This document shows positions 56,191-58,682 of a stretch of 58,682 nucleotides of DNA, one piece after another. The stretch's first letter is position 1. Each line of letters starts with the position of its first letter. Made by a program: the position numbers and the translations under genes. Source of the DNA: an uncultured Burkholderiales bacterium (GTDB taxonomy: Bacteria; Pseudomonadota; Gammaproteobacteria; Burkholderiales; Burkholderiaceae_C); contig CAINMN010000198.1 of NCBI GenBank assembly GCA_903850735.1, positions 1 through 58,682 of the forward strand, read 5' to 3'. The notes beneath the pieces are model-generated. The model was not told the DNA's origin. It made no database searches and saw only the letters and a program-made list of their open reading frames with translations.

Positions 56191-56204
56191 TTGATTTACC
56201 TCAA
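56191..56204. promoter_or_regulatory. Putative FNR-type box
   Basis: TTGATTTACCTCAA, 9/10 match to TTGAT-N4-ATCAA, between the divergent rhodanese and DUF2892 genes. Confidence 0.55.
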
Positions 56205-56255
56205 GGAAATTTGCACACTTTGAGGGTCAAATACCAAAAAACCAAGGAGAAGAAA

Positions 56256-56471
56256 ATGACATCAAACGTTGGCGGCATTGACCGCGTTCTGCGCATCGTC
56301 GCAGGCTTGTTACTCATCGCTCTGGCGATCACAAATGTGGTGGGCATCTGGGGCTACATCGTGGGCGGCATTGTGCTGGCCACCGGCGTGTTTCGTTTTT
56401 GCGGTGCATACACTTTGTTTGGCTTGAACACTTGCCCACTCAAATCTGCTGAAGATGGCCGAGCCAAGTAA
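56256..56471 (+). CDS. DUF2892/YgaP-like small membrane protein
   Basis: NVGGIDRVLRIVAG...TGVFRFCGAYTLFGLNTC; AAGGAG RBS. Confidence 0.9.
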   Translation: MTSNVGGIDRVLRIVAGLLLIALAITNVVGIWGYIVGGIVLATGVFRFCGAYTLFGLNTCPLKSAEDGRAK

Positions 56472-56523
56472 ACGTTTCACACCTCGTTAAACCGTGTCGC
56501 ACCTTGTACTTGAATCTGCAAGG

Positions 56524-57126
56524 TTAAAAACCTGTGATCTGAGCTTCAGTCTTGGGGTTGATTCGGCTGACCCGAAACGCCCATGCGCAAGCCAGTGCGA
56601 CACCCAATGCAACCACGCCATAGCCAGCCCTCAGTTGGATTTCCATGGAGTACGCATTGCAGAGTCGTCTTTCAGTGGTCGCGAGAAATACACCAGTAGA
56701 GATCAACATCGAGACGATGTAACCCACGAAGAAGAGCTGCAACACCACGGGCGAACGGCTCACTGATGTTTGGATAAGCGCACCGCTGGCCATCAACGAC
56801 AGAAGTTTGAGTACATCCACTTGGGGCATGACGACTGCTCGATCGATGGATATGGGCAGCATCCAATAGGTGATGATGAACTGGGCTGTGATGAAGCCCG
56901 TTAACCCAAATTGATTCCAGCTGCGTGGTGATCTTTTCGATAAATCCCTAGCGCCGACCATCAAAAACCAGCCGCCTACAAAAAGTATGGGCATTTGAAC
57001 CACCATATGCCAGGCCATACTTTGTTCGATCAGGCTGCGCCCGGGTGGTACTGACAATGCACCGCCGAGCAGACACAGGGCCAGCCCGATCCAGAAGGCA
57101 AACGGCGGTAACCGCTTAAGCCTCAT
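56524..57126 (-). CDS. Membrane protein, CtaG(caa3)/DUF1404-like oxidase assembly candidate
   Basis: SMAWHMVVQMP, YWMLP..ID, RLCNAY; follows the SCO gene. Confidence 0.65.
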   Translation of the reverse strand: MRLKRLPPFAFWIGLALCLLGGALSVPPGRSLIEQSMAWHMVVQMPILFVGGWFLMVGARDLSKRSPRSWNQFGLTGFITAQFIITYWMLPISIDRAVVMPQVDVLKLLSLMASGALIQTSVSRSPVVLQLFFVGYIVSMLISTGVFLATTERRLCNAYSMEIQLRAGYGVVALGVALACAWAFRVSRINPKTEAQITGF

Positions 57127-57770
57127 GGCGCAGTGGCCAGTGCAGTGTCCAGGGCGCGTGTGGCATCGTCGTAATCGACGATGCGGAACAGTAGGCCCGC
57201 GCCGCTCACCAGATGCAGTGCGGCATTGTGTTCGAACTCGCCGAGCGGTGCCGGAATAACGATGATGCCAAAGGCATCAAGCAACTGCCGCCTATCAAGC
57301 GGCGAGCTAAGGCTAACAACGCGCCAAATGGCCGGGTCCATGCGCAATCTGTCGCGGTATATCCGGAGTGCATCGGAGGTGTCGTGGGCCGGATCAAAGC
57401 TCACCGACAACAACCCAACCTTGTCATCGAGTCCGCGCAGTCGAATTTGCTCCTGTAACTGCTGGAAGACTGAGCCAAGCGCGGTGCAAATCGTCTGGCA
57501 ACGCGTGTAAACAAAGTCCACAATCCAGACTTTGTCACCGTCAGCAAGCACCTGTAGCAGGGTGTTTTGGTTGCCCTCGGCATCGTAGACTGACAGCTCA
57601 GGCACAAGGGATGGTGTGCCGGCAACTTCGGTGCGCCGAAGCGTTTCGGTGGTGAAGGCGTTGCCTTGCGCCGTTGCTAGCAGAAGGACGGTTAACCCAC
57701 AAGCCAGGACGAGGATGCTGGCCAAGAATGTCTTCCATAAGCCAGCACCAGAGATGTGGCCCTTAGACAC
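57123..57770 (-). CDS. SCO1/SenC copper chaperone
   Basis: DFVYTRCQTIC (CxxxC), SVSFDPAHD, EFEHNA. GTG start inferred. Confidence 0.88.
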   Translation of the reverse strand: MSKGHISGAGLWKTFLASILVLACGLTVLLLATAQGNAFTTETLRRTEVAGTPSLVPELSVYDAEGNQNTLLQVLADGDKVWIVDFVYTRCQTICTALGSVFQQLQEQIRLRGLDDKVGLLSVSFDPAHDTSDALRIYRDRLRMDPAIWRVVSLSSPLDRRQLLDAFGIIVIPAPLGEFEHNAALHLVSGAGLLFRIVDYDDATRALDTALATAP

Positions 57771-58377
57771 CAGACTTGAGTTCTTGGCCACCTTTGTAGG
57801 GCTCCGTCCTTGACTTCGTGGCCTCGCGTTGAGCCGCGACGGAACCTGGCTCGATCTCCGCGGACTTGTTGCCCCAGTCACTTCGGATATAGCTCATAAC
57901 GGCAGCCAAATCGCCATCGCTCAGGCTTTTCCAGGCGGGCATGGCCCCCTTGTAAACCGTGCCCTTGACTTCCATCTCGCCATTAACACCGAGCAGCATG
58001 ATCGAAGTCAGGATCTTTTCGTCGCCGACCACCCATTCGGACCCTGCCAGTGGTGGAAAGACTCCGGGGATGCCCAGGCCAGTTGCCTGGTGGCAAGCCG
58101 CGCATTTAGCGCCGTAGATTTGTTTGCCGTCGGCTTTTTGCGCAGCATTGACGGCAACTGCAGGCGGACGCAAGGACGCCGTGGTGCGCTGGTCACCGTA
58201 GGAAGACTCCTCACCCGATGGTGTGCTGTAAATGTAGAAAGCGCCCCACATGGCCATAGCACCTAAGAACATGGTTAAAAACCACGGCAAAGGACGGACG
58301 CCTTCGTCCGGATCTGGAAGTTCGCGCTGGCGCTGGGGCGACTGTGCAGGCGTATCGTCTGGTTTGTGTTGGTTCAT
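57763..58377 (-). CDS. Membrane-anchored monoheme cytochrome c (CcoP-like N-terminus)
   Basis: PLPW plus TM segment, CAACH, FPPLAGSEWV, axial MP. Confidence 0.9.
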   Translation of the reverse strand: MNQHKPDDTPAQSPQRQRELPDPDEGVRPLPWFLTMFLGAMAMWGAFYIYSTPSGEESSYGDQRTTASLRPPAVAVNAAQKADGKQIYGAKCAACHQATGLGIPGVFPPLAGSEWVVGDEKILTSIMLLGVNGEMEVKGTVYKGAMPAWKSLSDGDLAAVMSYIRSDWGNKSAEIEPGSVAAQREATKSRTEPYKGGQELKSGV

Positions 58378-58682
58378 TATTTCTTCCGATCTACGGCTGG
58401 CGCAAGTGGGGCAAGTGCCGGATAGGTTCGGTCCATCGCAAGAAGATATTCCACCAGTGCGAGCGCTTCGGGACGTGCCACGACCACCTCTCCAGGTTTT
58501 GCAAATGTAGGCGGTAGGTTCACCACGGTTTCATTCGCTTGTGCTTGGCCCTGACGAACCTCAAAAAGGTAGGGATAAGAAGGCATGATTGAACCCGGCG
58601 TGTAGGCGCGTGGCTGGTAGAGGTGGCCGAGTTGCCAATCCTTGCTGGGCTGTCTCGCGCCGATGTTCATCAAGTCTGGACC
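58377..58682 (-). CDS. ccoO: cbb3-type cytochrome c oxidase subunit II, C-terminal part (starts beyond the right edge)
   Basis: GPDLMNIGARQPS..W...HLYQPR...PGSIMPSYPYLF. Confidence 0.88.
   Translation of the reverse strand, partial: GPDLMNIGARQPSKDWQLGHLYQPRAYTPGSIMPSYPYLFEVRQGQAQANETVVNLPPTFAKPGEVVVARPEALALVEYLLAMDRTYPALAPLAPAVDRKK

Overview
Betaproteobacterial chromosome segment, probably Comamonadaceae or Limnohabitans-like (inferred from gene content and order, not from a search). A housekeeping core (tRNA-Ser, hemW-rdgB-rph, yicC-gmk-rpoZ-spoT, greB, tRNA-Arg) separates two accessory zones. Left zone: a 5-oxoprolinase with a probable pyroglutamate TRAP system, then a ~17 kb beta-1,3-glucan (laminarin/chrysolaminarin) utilisation locus. 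That locus has GH81, a multi-domain lipoprotein, LacI, an ABC transporter, GH1, a porin, a GH17 lipoprotein, glucokinase and a translationally coupled 680-aa protein with two unrecognised ~225-aa repeats plus a dockerin-like tail. It carries TGAAAGCGCTTTCA operators and is bracketed by a decayed copy of that protein's 3' end. Right zone: an AtuA/CoA-transferase cluster, a divergent Rrf2/MerR ('CECPRH') cluster of uncharacterised genes, and two islands delimited by 3'-half copies of a CAT-anticodon tRNA. The first island carries an AraC-linked glutamylation/P450 amine catabolic operon with an orphan Tm-1-like protein. The second carries Prx, rhodanese, YgaP and an atypical cbb3 oxidase operon that runs off the window. 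All calls come from reading motifs by eye; no searches were run.
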